Of a stretch of 64,000 nt of DNA, positions 1-9,384 are shown in pieces. A program made the translations under genes and the position numbers. Where the stretch lies: positions 1,770,548-1,834,547 of the forward strand of contig OY282370.1 of the NCBI GenBank assembly GCA_958295745.1, written 5' to 3'. Position 1 is the stretch's first letter, and each line of letters starts with the position of its first letter. Below the pieces are notes generated by a model. That model saw nothing but the letters and a program-made list of their open reading frames with translations. It was not told where the DNA came from and did no database searches. This stretch comes from an uncultured Acidimicrobiia bacterium (lineage in GTDB: Bacteria; Actinomycetota; Acidimicrobiia; Spongiisociales; Spongiisociaceae).

Positions 1-761
1 ATGGACGCGAACAGTTTTGCCGGGGCGGCGGAGAACGCCGAGGCGAAGTTGAGGATGGCCCGCCCCAGGCCGTCCGGCATGCTGGCCGGCAGCTCTCCCA
101 CGATGGCCCCGATGACGGCGGCGGTGGCGGCGATCTTCAGGGCCGGGAACAGGTAGGGAAGGGCGGCCGGGGCCTGCAGTTTCCAAAGCACCTGCCGGGG
201 GGAGGCGGCGTAGGAGGTCATCAGCTCCGAGGCCTCGGCCTGGGGCGAGCGCAGACCCCGCAGGGTATTGATCGCCACCGGGAAGAAGGCCAGATAGGCC
301 GAGATCACCGCCACCACCACCCAGCGGGGCACGCTCAGCCTCCCCGCCCATACCACCAGGATGGGGGCGATGGCCAGGATAGGCACCGTCTGGGAGGCCA
401 CCACATACGGCATCAGCCCCCGTTCGGCCAGCGGCGAGCGGACGAACATCACCCCCAGTCCGAATCCCACCAGGCTTCCGAAGGCGAAACCCAGGAGGGC
501 CGAACGCCATGTGAACAGGGCCGCCCGCAGCAACACCCACAGCAACAGGTCACCCCCGCGGCGGGCGGGGCGGAACAGGGCGAACAGGATGTCCCAGACG
601 TGGGGCATGGAGCGCTCGTTGGTGCGTACCGGAAGCTCGATCGAAGTGCCGGGCCACACCCCGCCGGCAGTGACCCCCATCCACTTGTAGCCCTCCCACA
701 GGAGCACGAACACCGTCAGGATGCCCAAGAAGGCCAACACTCGGCGGCCGCCGGCGCTCAT
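1..761 (-). CDS. ABC transporter permease, NitT/TauT family (runs off window start)
   Basis: Read by hand on the minus strand from ATG 761: MSAGGRRVLAFLGILTVFVLLWEGYKW..., then VPILAIAPILVVW, FFPVAINTLRGL and LPYLFPALKIAA. Hydrophobic, matching SsuC/TauC-type permeases. Confidence 0.85.
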   Translation of the reverse strand, partial: MSAGGRRVLAFLGILTVFVLLWEGYKWMGVTAGGVWPGTSIELPVRTNERSMPHVWDILFALFRPARRGGDLLLWVLLRAALFTWRSALLGFAFGSLVGFGLGVMFVRSPLAERGLMPYVVASQTVPILAIAPILVVWAGRLSVPRWVVVAVISAYLAFFPVAINTLRGLRSPQAEASELMTSYAASPRQVLWKLQAPAALPYLFPALKIAATAAVIGAIVGELPASMPDGLGRAILNFASAFSAAPAKLFAS

Positions 762-887
762 ATGCCCCCGCCCTTTCCGAGTCTGCCGGTTTGGAGAGGA
801 AACAGGCGGGGGCGCCGGGCGGCGGGACCGGGGAGCTTTGTCATATACCTATGAATATAGGAGGAGTTCTACAGGCTCGCGGGTACG

Positions 888-1464
888 GCCGGGCGGCGGG
901 GCTCGATTCCCCGACCGCCTCCGTGGTCTGCGGGATGCGGGAGTCTGCCGATGTTGCTGATCCCGCACGCTCAATGAGGGCCGGGCTGGTAGTCCCGGCA
1001 ATACCACCTGGCCGTTGCGCCGTGGGTCAGGCGCCGGTGGCCCGGCGGACGGCGGTTTCCAGCATTCCGTATCCCTCGTCGCATTCTTCTTCGGTCAGGG
1101 ACAGGGGAGGGGCGATGCGGAGCACGTTTCCGTACAGGCCGCCCTTGCCTATCAATAGGCCTTCCGTCCTTGCTTCCTCCAGGACGGCGCTCGCCAGCCC
1201 CGGATCGGGGGACAGGGTGTCCGGATCGGCCAGCTCCACCCCGATCATCAGGCCCTTGCCCCGCACTTCCACCATCTGGGGAACCTCGTCGGCCAGGTGG
1301 TCGAGGCCGTTCTTGAGCCGGTTGCCGACTTTGTGGGAGTTGGTCTGGAGGTCCTCTTCGAGCAGCACGTCGAGGGTGGCCAGAGCGGCGGAGGTGGCCA
1401 TCGGGTTGCCGCCGAACGTGGAGATGGCGTTGGCCGGGTAGCTGTCGATGATCTCCCCCCGGCC
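888..1464. repeat. Direct repeat copy 1 (aminotransferase 3' end plus downstream region); copy 2 at 5019-5535
   Basis: Near-identical sequence beginning gccgggcggcgggg(c/t)tcgattccccgaccgcctccgtgg and ending gatgatctcccccc-ggcc. Confidence 0.95.
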
Positions 1465-2322
1465 TACCACCCCGCCGATCGTCATGCCGTTGCCCAGGCC
1501 CTTGGCGAACGTGAGTAGGTCGGGGACGATGCCGTGGGCCTGGTAACCCCAGAAGTTCTCCCCGGTGCGGCCCCATCCGGTCTGCACCTCGTCGGAGATG
1601 AACAGGATGCCGTGCTCGTCCAGCACCTCTTTCATGGCGCCGAAGAAACCGTCCGGCGGGATGACGAACCCGCCCACCCCCTGGATGGGTTCGGCGATCA
1701 TGGCGGCCACGTCTCCGGCGGTGGCGATCTTGAGCAGGTCCCGCAGGTCGTCCACGCACGCCCCGATGAACTTATCCGCGGGCAGGTGGCCGAACGGGGA
1801 CCTCAGCCCGTACCCTCCGTGGACGTAGGTGACGTTGAAGGGCGAGAAAGAGGTCCCGGACCAGGCGGCGTTGCCGGTCACGGCGATGGCGCTGTGCGAC
1901 TTGCCGTGGTAGCTGTTGCGGATGGCCAGCACCTGGTTGGAGCGGCGGTAGCCGGTGGCCATCATCAGGGCGGTGTCGTTGGCCTCGGTGCCGGAGTTGA
2001 CGAAGAACACCTTGGCGTCGGGGATGCCGGACATCTCGGCGACCCGCTCGGCCAGCTCGATCTGCGGCTCGATCAGATACATCGTCGACGAGTGCAGCAA
2101 CTGGTCGGTTTGGGCCTTGATAGCCCCCAGCACCCTGGGGTCGGCGTGGCCGAGCATGGTGACCAGGATTCCGCCGAAGAAGTCCAGGTACTCGTTGCCC
2201 TCGGCGTCTGTCACCCGGCGGCCGGAGCCTTCCGTCAGGGCGATCGGTTCCTCGTAGTAGAGGTTGACCGAGGGGGGGAGCACCCGTCGGTGGCGTTTCA
2301 ACAGTTCGGCGTGGATTCCCAC
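1027..2322 (-). CDS. Class-III PLP aminotransferase (4-aminobutyrate/beta-alanine type)
   Basis: Motifs YLDFFGG, FVNSGTEAND, EPIQGVGG, DEVQTGWGRTG, FAKGLGNG, STFGGNP. GTG 2322 is preceded by GGAGG. Confidence 0.9.
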   Translation of the reverse strand: MGIHAELLKRHRRVLPPSVNLYYEEPIALTEGSGRRVTDAEGNEYLDFFGGILVTMLGHADPRVLGAIKAQTDQLLHSSTMYLIEPQIELAERVAEMSGIPDAKVFFVNSGTEANDTALMMATGYRRSNQVLAIRNSYHGKSHSAIAVTGNAAWSGTSFSPFNVTYVHGGYGLRSPFGHLPADKFIGACVDDLRDLLKIATAGDVAAMIAEPIQGVGGFVIPPDGFFGAMKEVLDEHGILFISDEVQTGWGRTGENFWGYQAHGIVPDLLTFAKGLGNGMTIGGVVGRGEIIDSYPANAISTFGGNPMATSAALATLDVLLEEDLQTNSHKVGNRLKNGLDHLADEVPQMVEVRGKGLMIGVELADPDTLSPDPGLASAVLEEARTEGLLIGKGGLYGNVLRIAPPLSLTEEECDEGYGMLETAVRRATGA

Positions 2323-2419
2323 GGGCGGCCTCCGTTGTCGTAGTAGTTCCCCCCAGGATACCCGACCGACGGCGCAGGCGATTATCGATCTGCGGCTTCG
2401 GAGGGGTAGATTGGACGGC

Positions 2420-3403
2420 ATGGCCGATCCGATTGCACCCACTGCGCCCTTGGAGTTCTCGCCGATCCCCATCAAGGATGTGTGGCCGAGTGAGGCCATG
2501 GATTTCACGCCCTGGCTGGCCGACAACCTGCAGTACCTGACGGACCATCTGGGGATCGGCGACCTCGATCTGGACGGTACCGAGGTCGAAGTGCCCGGTG
2601 GACGCAGGCTCGACATCCTGGCGGTGGACCCCGACGGCGAGAAATGGGCCATCGAGAACCAGTACGGCGAGGCCGACCACGATCACCTAACTAGGGCCCT
2701 CGCCTACGCGGTGGGCCTCGAATGCCGGGCCGTGATCGTGGTAGCCGAATCGCACAGGGCGGAGTTCGTGGCGGTGGCGGACGAGTGGAACCGGTACTCG
2801 GAAGCCTACGGCAACGACGGTATCCGCCTGTTTCTGACTGTCATCGAGACAGGCCAGATAGGCGACTCGGTCCAGGGTTTCCGGTTCCGGCTGGCAGCCA
2901 GCCCGAACGAGTGGAAGTGGAAGACACCGAGGGAGAGACCGCTTTCGGAGGCCGACCTCATCCGCCATGAGGAGCGAAGAAAGTTTTGGCCGGGGATCAA
3001 AGAGGCCATGAGCGAGAAGGGACAGTTGACCTGGAACGCTAAACCAAAGTCCTATGTGACGGTTATCAACAGGGGGCCATTCCTCTTTCAAATCTGGGTA
3101 ACGGCCCACAATAGCCGAGTGCAGTTACGAATAGCATCGAACGATCGTGATAGGAACGACGATTTGTTCAATAAGCTCAAGGAGGATATCGAAGCCATCC
3201 ATGAGGCCCTCGGAGGAGTCTTGGAGTGGGATAACGATCTTCGTTTCCAGACAAACCGTATCTACTGGGTGCCGGAGGGAGCATGCGGATACCACACGCC
3301 GGCTGACGAGCGGCAGGACGGCTACCAAGTCTTGGCAGATGCCATGTACCGTTTCCATGACGAGTTCATGCCCCGCGTCGAGGGGTTGCTGGACGGGTCC
3401 TGA
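2420..3403 (+). CDS. DUF4268-family protein with N-terminal NucS-like PD-(D/E)XK domain
   Basis: VWPSEAMDFTPWLA, RLDILA...WAIENQYGEADHDHL, and C-terminal RRKFW...LFNKLKEDIEAIHEALGGVLEW. Confidence 0.75.
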   Translation: MADPIAPTAPLEFSPIPIKDVWPSEAMDFTPWLADNLQYLTDHLGIGDLDLDGTEVEVPGGRRLDILAVDPDGEKWAIENQYGEADHDHLTRALAYAVGLECRAVIVVAESHRAEFVAVADEWNRYSEAYGNDGIRLFLTVIETGQIGDSVQGFRFRLAASPNEWKWKTPRERPLSEADLIRHEERRKFWPGIKEAMSEKGQLTWNAKPKSYVTVINRGPFLFQIWVTAHNSRVQLRIASNDRDRNDDLFNKLKEDIEAIHEALGGVLEWDNDLRFQTNRIYWVPEGACGYHTPADERQDGYQVLADAMYRFHDEFMPRVEGLLDGS

Positions 3404-3505
3404 CCTCTGACCCGCTTGACACCCTTCTAGTGTGGGTAGGAGTTGTCCCCGGCGGGAATTTGGTTGTTGGATTCCAGCTTGGGTGTATTGCTCGGATACC
3501 CCTTA

Positions 3506-3661
3506 CCGGCCCGCCCTATCACCCGGGCTTCGGTCGCGAAAATCATTACTACATAGGAACATTCCCACACCGCCTCAGCAGGCCAACCCCTTCCTGAGCG
3601 CTGCCGAGAACGCGAAAACCGCCGAAACTCCGCCCCCTTACTGGGCACATCCCCCGCCGCC
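3506..3661. repeat. Dispersed intergenic repeat (~155 bp), copy A
   Basis: Aligns by eye with 5530-5685 (tcacccgggc...caccgcctcagca...ccttcctgagcgc.gccgagaacgcgaaaaccgccgaaac...gcccccttactgggc). Confidence 0.85.
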
Positions 3662-3725
3662 GTCGGGGATCGCTCAACACTTCCTTGATTCTCATGGGCC
3701 GGTTCCGCCGGGCCCCTGTTTCAGT

Positions 3726-4808
3726 TCATTCGCCGCCTGGGTTGAGGGTGACGGTGGCCCGTTGCCAGTTTGCGCCTACTGTGTCTAGGCCGTCGTCTTC
3801 GAGTGCGTCTACTGCTGCTTGGGCGTAGTCGGTTCGGTAGGCGCTGCTGCCTGGGTCGGCGCTGATCACGCCTTGGCCGACGGCTACGTCGATGGTCTGT
3901 GCCCACAGGTCCGGGTCCATTACTCCGATCCCGGCTGGGGAGGGCCAGATCAAGCCGTTGATCTCGTTCATCTGCCAGGTTTGGTGGCTGCGTCCCAGGG
4001 TGGGTCCGGCCGCCAGCACGATTTCCACGCAGGCGTCCGGGTTGTCTCGGCAGTGGATCCAACCCCGGAAGGAAGCCCTGAGGAAGGCTTCCACTGTGTC
4101 TGGGTTTTCCTCTGCGTATTGTTCGGTTACCCAGATGGCGTCTTGGAGCATGGCGGTGGCGATGGCCGGGTCGTTGAAGTCGATCACGTTCAGGTCGCTG
4201 GGCTGGTACAGCTGGCCGGTGGCGGGGTTGGTGGCCTCCAGCACCTGGGCGTACTCGTTGTAGATCATGGCCTCGGCGGCGGCGATCTCCCGATTGAGCA
4301 GCGCTTCCATGTCGAAGCTCTGGGCGACCAGCTCCACGTCTTGTACACCGAATTTCTCGATGGCTGCGGTCAGTTCGTATTCGTTGCCGAAGCCCCAGTT
4401 GCCGACTGCTTTGCCTGCCCAGTCGGTGGGGGAGGTGATTCCTGAGTCGGCCCAGGACACCATCAGGGTGCCTGAACGCTGGAACACTTGGCCCACGTTG
4501 ACCAGCCCGGCGTCTTCTTCGTTGGATACCAGAGCCTTGGGTACCCAGGCGAGTCCGAACTGGGCGCCGCCGGTAGCGACCACCTGCTGGGGAACGATCT
4601 CCACCGCTCCCTCCAGGATGGTCACGTCCAGGCCTTCTTCTTCGTAGAATCCCTGGTCGACAGCCGCGTAGTAACCGGCGAACTGGGCCTGCGCCACCCA
4701 CTGCAGCTGCAGGTTTATGGGGGTTAGCTCATCGTCTCCCGCGCAGGCTGCGGCTGCCAACGTCAACGCCCCCAAGGCCGCGGCCAGTTTGAAAAGTCTT
4801 GTCCGCAT
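3726..4808 (-). CDS. ABC transporter substrate-binding lipoprotein, NMT1/THI5-like
   Basis: Lipobox-like AAAC; LQLQWVAQAQFAGYYAAVDQGFYEEEGLDV. Confidence 0.9.
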   Translation of the reverse strand: MRTRLFKLAAALGALTLAAAACAGDDELTPINLQLQWVAQAQFAGYYAAVDQGFYEEEGLDVTILEGAVEIVPQQVVATGGAQFGLAWVPKALVSNEEDAGLVNVGQVFQRSGTLMVSWADSGITSPTDWAGKAVGNWGFGNEYELTAAIEKFGVQDVELVAQSFDMEALLNREIAAAEAMIYNEYAQVLEATNPATGQLYQPSDLNVIDFNDPAIATAMLQDAIWVTEQYAEENPDTVEAFLRASFRGWIHCRDNPDACVEIVLAAGPTLGRSHQTWQMNEINGLIWPSPAGIGVMDPDLWAQTIDVAVGQGVISADPGSSAYRTDYAQAAVDALEDDGLDTVGANWQRATVTLNPGGE

Positions 4809-5096
4809 CGTTGCCTACTCCCTCTGGTTACTTCTCGTTCTTCCGGCAAGCAACAAAACAATACCCTGTTGCTATGACACGGGGAGACTCGGGATTTTGG
4901 AGGTTTCCTTTGTGGGGAGCGCCCCGGATTACGCGTGCCGCAGATCGATAAGACCTCCTGATCGAAGCCGGCATCTCGAAGAAGTAGAGTCAACAGGCGG
5001 GGCGCAACAGACGGCGCCGCCGGGCGGCGGGGTTCGATTCCCCGACCGCCTCCGTGGTCTGCGGGATGCGGGAGTCTGCCGATGTTGCGCCGTGGG

Positions 5097-5535
5097 TCAG
5101 GCGCCGGTTGCCCGGCGGACGGCGGTTTCCAGCATTCCGTATCCCTCGTCGCATTCTTCTTCGGTCAGGGACAGGGGAGGGGCGATGCGGAGCACGTTTC
5201 CGTACAGGCCGCCTTTGCCTATCAATCAGGCCTTCCGTCCTTGCTTCCTCTAGGACGGCGCTCGCCAGCCCCGGATCGGGGGACAAAGTGTCCGGATCGG
5301 CCAGCTCCACCCCGATCATCAGGCCCTTGCCCCGCACTTCCACCATCTGGGGAACCTCGTCGGCTAGGTGGTCGAGGCCGTTCTTGAGCCGGTTGCCAAC
5401 TTTGTGGGAGTTGGTCTGGAGGTCCTCTTCGAGCAGCACGTCGAGGGTGGCCAGAGCGGCGGAGGTGGCCATCGGGTTGCCGCCGAACGTGGAGATGGCG
5501 TTGGCCGGGTAGCTGTCGATGATCTCCCCCCGGCC
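5097..5535 (-). pseudogene. Truncated, frameshifted duplicate of the aminotransferase 3' end
   Basis: Copy of 1027-1464 with a 1-bp insertion (atcaatCagg vs atcaatagg) and substitutions. The 5' two-thirds of the gene is absent. Confidence 0.9.
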
Positions 5536-5685
5536 GCTCTTCACCCGGGCCTCGGGCGCGAAATTACGCCCTGCATAAGGAAAATCCCCCACCGCCTCAG
5601 CAGACCAACCACCTTCCTGAGCGCCGCCGAGAACGCGAAAACCGCCGAAACAGCCGCCCCCTTACTGGGCCCATCCCCCACCGCC
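5530..5685. repeat. Dispersed intergenic repeat, copy B
   Basis: Homologous to 3506-3661 and begins exactly where the aminotransferase duplicate ends. Confidence 0.85.
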
Positions 5686-6228
5686 ACCACGCAGTATCGG
5701 AACTCCTCTCCGGCGCGTCGGTCCGGCCTCGGCCGGAGGGCGAGCAGAGTGAGATCCCGATATGATCACCGCCCTCTCTAGAACTCGGCGGCGATGTTTG
5801 TAGTTCGGTATCTATTGTTATACAACATATCAGCGACAGATTCAATACCCTTGTTTGGGAGTTTCTTGCGATCGCTCACGGAGGGTCCGCGGTTGGAGGT
5901 CCTCCGCCCCCGCCGGAGGGCCGTCTTCGGTGAGGATGGCCTTCTGCTGTGATGCCCGGCGGCCTGTATCCACTCCACTGGGCGAACGGGACCTCCGCGT
6001 TGGCGGATCGAGGGCGGCGTTGCCCTGAACGGGTCGGGGGCCGGGGTAGGTCCTCCGGCACCTGAGGGAAGGCGGGGGGCGGCCCGGCAGGGGGCCAATC
6101 CTTCTTTATCTCACATTTCGGCCCCGATGACAAGGGGTTCCCTCCGGCCACCTTTTGCGATATCTTCATGTAATGCCAAACAATCTCGAAGAACGATCCA
6201 ACCCTATCAACCGGAGAGGGCCGGGGCC

Positions 6229-6759
6229 TTGGCGGCTCTAGCCGTACACACCCGGCACGACGACGTGTTGGGCCTGGTGGCGCCGTTCGCACTGGCCGCT
6301 TCCCGGCGCACCGTGCTGGTGATCGACCTCGACCCCGAAGGGTTTCCGCTCCCCGGCCGCCGCACCCTGGCCCGGCTGGTGGAGGACGGCCCCACCCTGT
6401 CCGAGCTGGTTCCGTCCCGCCGCGGGATGGCCGTCCTGCCTCATGGAGGGGTGGACCTGGAGGCGGCCAGGCCGGTGGTGGACGCTCTGGTCGAGTCGTG
6501 GCCCTGCGTGGTGGTGCGGACGCGGACGCCCTTCCCCGGCCTGCCCTTCGCGGAGGCGGCCCCGATGGTTCCCGGAGTCGAAACCCATGCCGGCCCCCGG
6601 GTGTGGGTGCGGACCGGGATCGGAAAGGTGAAGCCCGGCCCCGGCCCGGTCGTGGACGGTCCTGGGCGGCAGGCGGTCGGCGCCGTGCTGGCCGGGCGGA
6701 TGCCCGCCGGACGGTGGCTCCGCTCCTGGGCCGAAGTCTGGAAGTGGCCGTGGCAGTAG
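6229..6759 (+). CDS. Degenerate MinD/Ssd(TadZ)-like protein heading the tad operon
   Basis: TVLVIDLDP motif; position directly upstream of and overlapping cpaF; TTG start after GGAGAGG. Confidence 0.55.
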   Translation: MAALAVHTRHDDVLGLVAPFALAASRRTVLVIDLDPEGFPLPGRRTLARLVEDGPTLSELVPSRRGMAVLPHGGVDLEAARPVVDALVESWPCVVVRTRTPFPGLPFAEAAPMVPGVETHAGPRVWVRTGIGKVKPGPGPVVDGPGRQAVGAVLAGRMPAGRWLRSWAEVWKWPWQ

Positions 6760-7808
6760 TAGACCGCGTACTCCGCCGGGTGCTCGAATCCGACATCGAG
6801 CTGAGCCGCGAGGGGGCGGAAGCCGAAGTAAGGCGGATAATGTCCTTCGAGTCGCCGCTGGCCTCGCCGCAGACAGTCGATGCGGTGATGGACAACCTGG
6901 TCGGGATGGGCCCGATCGAACCCTTGTTCCGGGACCCGACCGTGTCGGACGTGTTCGTGAACGGGCCGGACGAGGTGTGGGTGGAGCGCCGGGGCGTCCT
7001 GGAACGCACCGATATCGTGTTCGCCGACGACGCGGCGGTGCTGGCCGCGGTGGAACGCACCATCGCCCCGCTCGGACTGCGCCTGGACCGGGCCAGCCCG
7101 CTGCTGAGCGCCCGGCTGCCCGACGGAAGCCGCCTTCACGCGGTCGTTCCGCCGGTGTCGGTCGGGGGTCCGATCGTGGCCATCCGCCGTTTCACCGCGG
7201 TGGCGCCCGACCTGGACACCTTCGTCGAATGGGGTTCCATGACCCCCGGCCAGCGGGGCCTTCTCGAGCGGGCCGTCGAAGACCGCCTCAACATCGTGGT
7301 CAGCGGGGCGGCGGGGGCCGGCAAGACCACCCTGCTCAACGCCTTGGCGGCGGCCTGCCCCCCGGAGGAGCGGATGGTGACCATCGAAGACGCCGCCGAG
7401 CTCAGGTTCCCGGGGCACGTGGTCCGCCTCGAAGCCCGCCCCCCCAACGCCGAGGGCCGGGGGCAGGTGACTCTGGCGGACCTGGTGCGCACCGCCCTCC
7501 GCCTGCGCCCCGACCGCATCATCGTGGGCGAGGTGAGGGGGCCCGAGACGCTCGACATGATCTCGGCGATGAACACCGGCCACGACGGCAGCCTGTCCAC
7601 CGTCCATGCCAACGGGCCCGAAGACGCCCTGTGGCGGCTGGAGACCCTGGCCCTGTCGGCGGGTGACAACGTGGGGGAGACGGCCGTCCGCCGCCAGCTC
7701 CGTTCGGGTGTGGACCTCATCGTGCATCTTTCTAGGCGGGACGCCCGCCGCCGGGTGGAGGTGATCGCCGAGGTCGATCAGGAAGGATGCCGGGAGGCGC
7801 CGTGCTGA
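6750..7808 (+). CDS. tadA: Flp pilus assembly ATPase CpaF/TadA
   Basis: DVFVNGPDEVW, Walker A SGAAGAGKTT, TIEDAAEL, LRLRPDRIIVGEVRG, MNTGHDG. Confidence 0.95.
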   Translation: MAVVDRVLRRVLESDIELSREGAEAEVRRIMSFESPLASPQTVDAVMDNLVGMGPIEPLFRDPTVSDVFVNGPDEVWVERRGVLERTDIVFADDAAVLAAVERTIAPLGLRLDRASPLLSARLPDGSRLHAVVPPVSVGGPIVAIRRFTAVAPDLDTFVEWGSMTPGQRGLLERAVEDRLNIVVSGAAGAGKTTLLNALAAACPPEERMVTIEDAAELRFPGHVVRLEARPPNAEGRGQVTLADLVRTALRLRPDRIIVGEVRGPETLDMISAMNTGHDGSLSTVHANGPEDALWRLETLALSAGDNVGETAVRRQLRSGVDLIVHLSRRDARRRVEVIAEVDQEGCREAPC

Positions 7809-8473
7809 TCGTCCTGCTGGCCGCCGTCGGCGTCGCGCTCAGGCCGCGCCGCTTCTGGGAGCCCGCAGCCCTGGTTGCGGTGGTGTCCCTTCCCTGGTGG
7901 ATGACCCTGGCCGGCCTCGGCGCAGGGGTGTTCATCGCCCGCCGCTCCCACCGCGACGACCCCTACCAGGAGGCCGCCTACCTGCAGGCGGTGAGCGCCG
8001 AGCTGCGGGCCGGACGGAGCCTCCGGCAGGCGCTGGTGGAAGCCGTCAGCCGGGCGCCCGGCCTCGATCTGGCCTACGCGTCGCGCCTGGCCCGCTCCGG
8101 CCGCCCGATGGAAGAAGTCGCCCTGGCCGCCTCCGCCGCCCTGCCCGGAACCGGACCCCTGGCGGCCGCCGCCATGCGGATCGGCGCCGAGAGCGGGGGA
8201 GAGGTGGCGTCGGCGTTCGCAACCCTGGCCGGCATCCAGGCGGACCGCATCGAGCTGGCCCGGGAGAACCGGGCGGCAGGCGCCGCGGCCCGGGCCTCGG
8301 TAGCCGTCCTTACCGTCCTTCCGGTCGGGGGGTTGTTCTTCGCCTTCTCCACCGGGATGCTCTCCGACCTGATGGCCATGGGCCGGATCGGCCCCATCCT
8401 GGTGGCGGCCGGCTCGTTCCTGCTGGCGGCGGGCGCCGCCTCCACCCTGGCGCTGGGCAGGAGGCTGACATGA
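7787..8473 (+). CDS. tadB: Tad inner-membrane protein TadB (T2SS F family)
   Basis: ELRAGRSL and GAESGG motifs; transmembrane segments; follows tadA. Confidence 0.8.
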   Translation: MPGGAVLIVLLAAVGVALRPRRFWEPAALVAVVSLPWWMTLAGLGAGVFIARRSHRDDPYQEAAYLQAVSAELRAGRSLRQALVEAVSRAPGLDLAYASRLARSGRPMEEVALAASAALPGTGPLAAAAMRIGAESGGEVASAFATLAGIQADRIELARENRAAGAAARASVAVLTVLPVGGLFFAFSTGMLSDLMAMGRIGPILVAAGSFLLAAGAASTLALGRRLT

Positions 8474-9111
8474 CCTACTTCACCCTCACCGCCGCCGCGG
8501 TCACGGTGTTCATGCTCCTGCGGTCCTTCCCGCCCGGGCGCCGGGCCATGGCGGCGGCGGTTGCCGCACTGGGCCTGGCCAACCCGGTGGCCGGGGCGGG
8601 GATAGGGGTGGCGTGGTTCTCCCTGCACCGCCGCCGAGCCCTCCGGGCCGAACGGCGCGCCGAGGAGCAGGCTCGAGGCGAGCTGGAGCTGCTCACCCAC
8701 TCGATGCTGATCGGCCTCTCGGGCGGCCTGTCGCCGGTGGCGGCCCTGGCCCTTTCACGGGAGAACCTGCGGTCCCGGCTGGGCGGGGAAGTGGACCTGG
8801 TTCTCCGGCGCTCGGTTCAATCCGGCCTCACCGCCGCCCTTCTGGACGCCGCCGGCGCGGGCGGGAGGTTGTTCCGCCAGATAGGGGCGGCCCATCTCTC
8901 CGGCGCCCCCCTGGGGCTGGCCCTGACCGCCTTGGCCGCCGAACACCGGGCGGAGGCCCGCGCCCGGGCGGTGGAACGGGCCCGCAAGCTCCCGGTGAGG
9001 ATGGTGATCCCGCTCACCCTTCTCATGCTCCCGGGTCTTCTGATCCTGATGGTCGGCCCGATCGTGTTGCCGTCGCTGATGCGGCTGCTCGGTCCGATCG
9101 TGAGGCTGTGA
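8470..9111 (+). CDS. tadC: Tad inner-membrane protein TadC (T2SS F family)
   Basis: ATGA overlap with tadB; SGAPL...ARKLPVRMVIPLTLLMLPG. Confidence 0.85.
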   Translation: MTYFTLTAAAVTVFMLLRSFPPGRRAMAAAVAALGLANPVAGAGIGVAWFSLHRRRALRAERRAEEQARGELELLTHSMLIGLSGGLSPVAALALSRENLRSRLGGEVDLVLRRSVQSGLTAALLDAAGAGGRLFRQIGAAHLSGAPLGLALTALAAEHRAEARARAVERARKLPVRMVIPLTLLMLPGLLILMVGPIVLPSLMRLLGPIVRL

Positions 9112-9183
9112 TGTCGATGTCGCTTCCCCCCGAACCGGCCGGACGCCGGATCATCCGCCTCGGCGGGAGAAAGGAAAGAAAGA

Positions 9184-9384
9184 ATGAGAGCTATCACACG
9201 ACTGGTCCGCAAGGGCATCCGGCGCGTAGCCGGCGAGGATGGACAGGCCACCGTCGAGTACACCCTGGTCGGGATGTGCGCTGCCGGGATGGCTTCCGTG
9301 TTGCTGACCTGGGTCAACAAGACCCCCCTGCTCGGGACCTTCTTCAACGCGATCGTCAAGCACATTCGCGGGTTGATCGGCTGA
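9184..9384 (+). CDS. Flp pilin (DUF4244-like)
   Basis: EDGQATVEY prepilin cleavage motif followed by a hydrophobic helix. Confidence 0.85.
   Translation: MRAITRLVRKGIRRVAGEDGQATVEYTLVGMCAAGMASVLLTWVNKTPLLGTFFNAIVKHIRGLIG

Noticed and set aside
860..923. Intact tRNA gene
   Set aside because: Only a T-arm and acceptor-like strand are visible, with no D or anticodon arm. Kept only as a relic in the findings.
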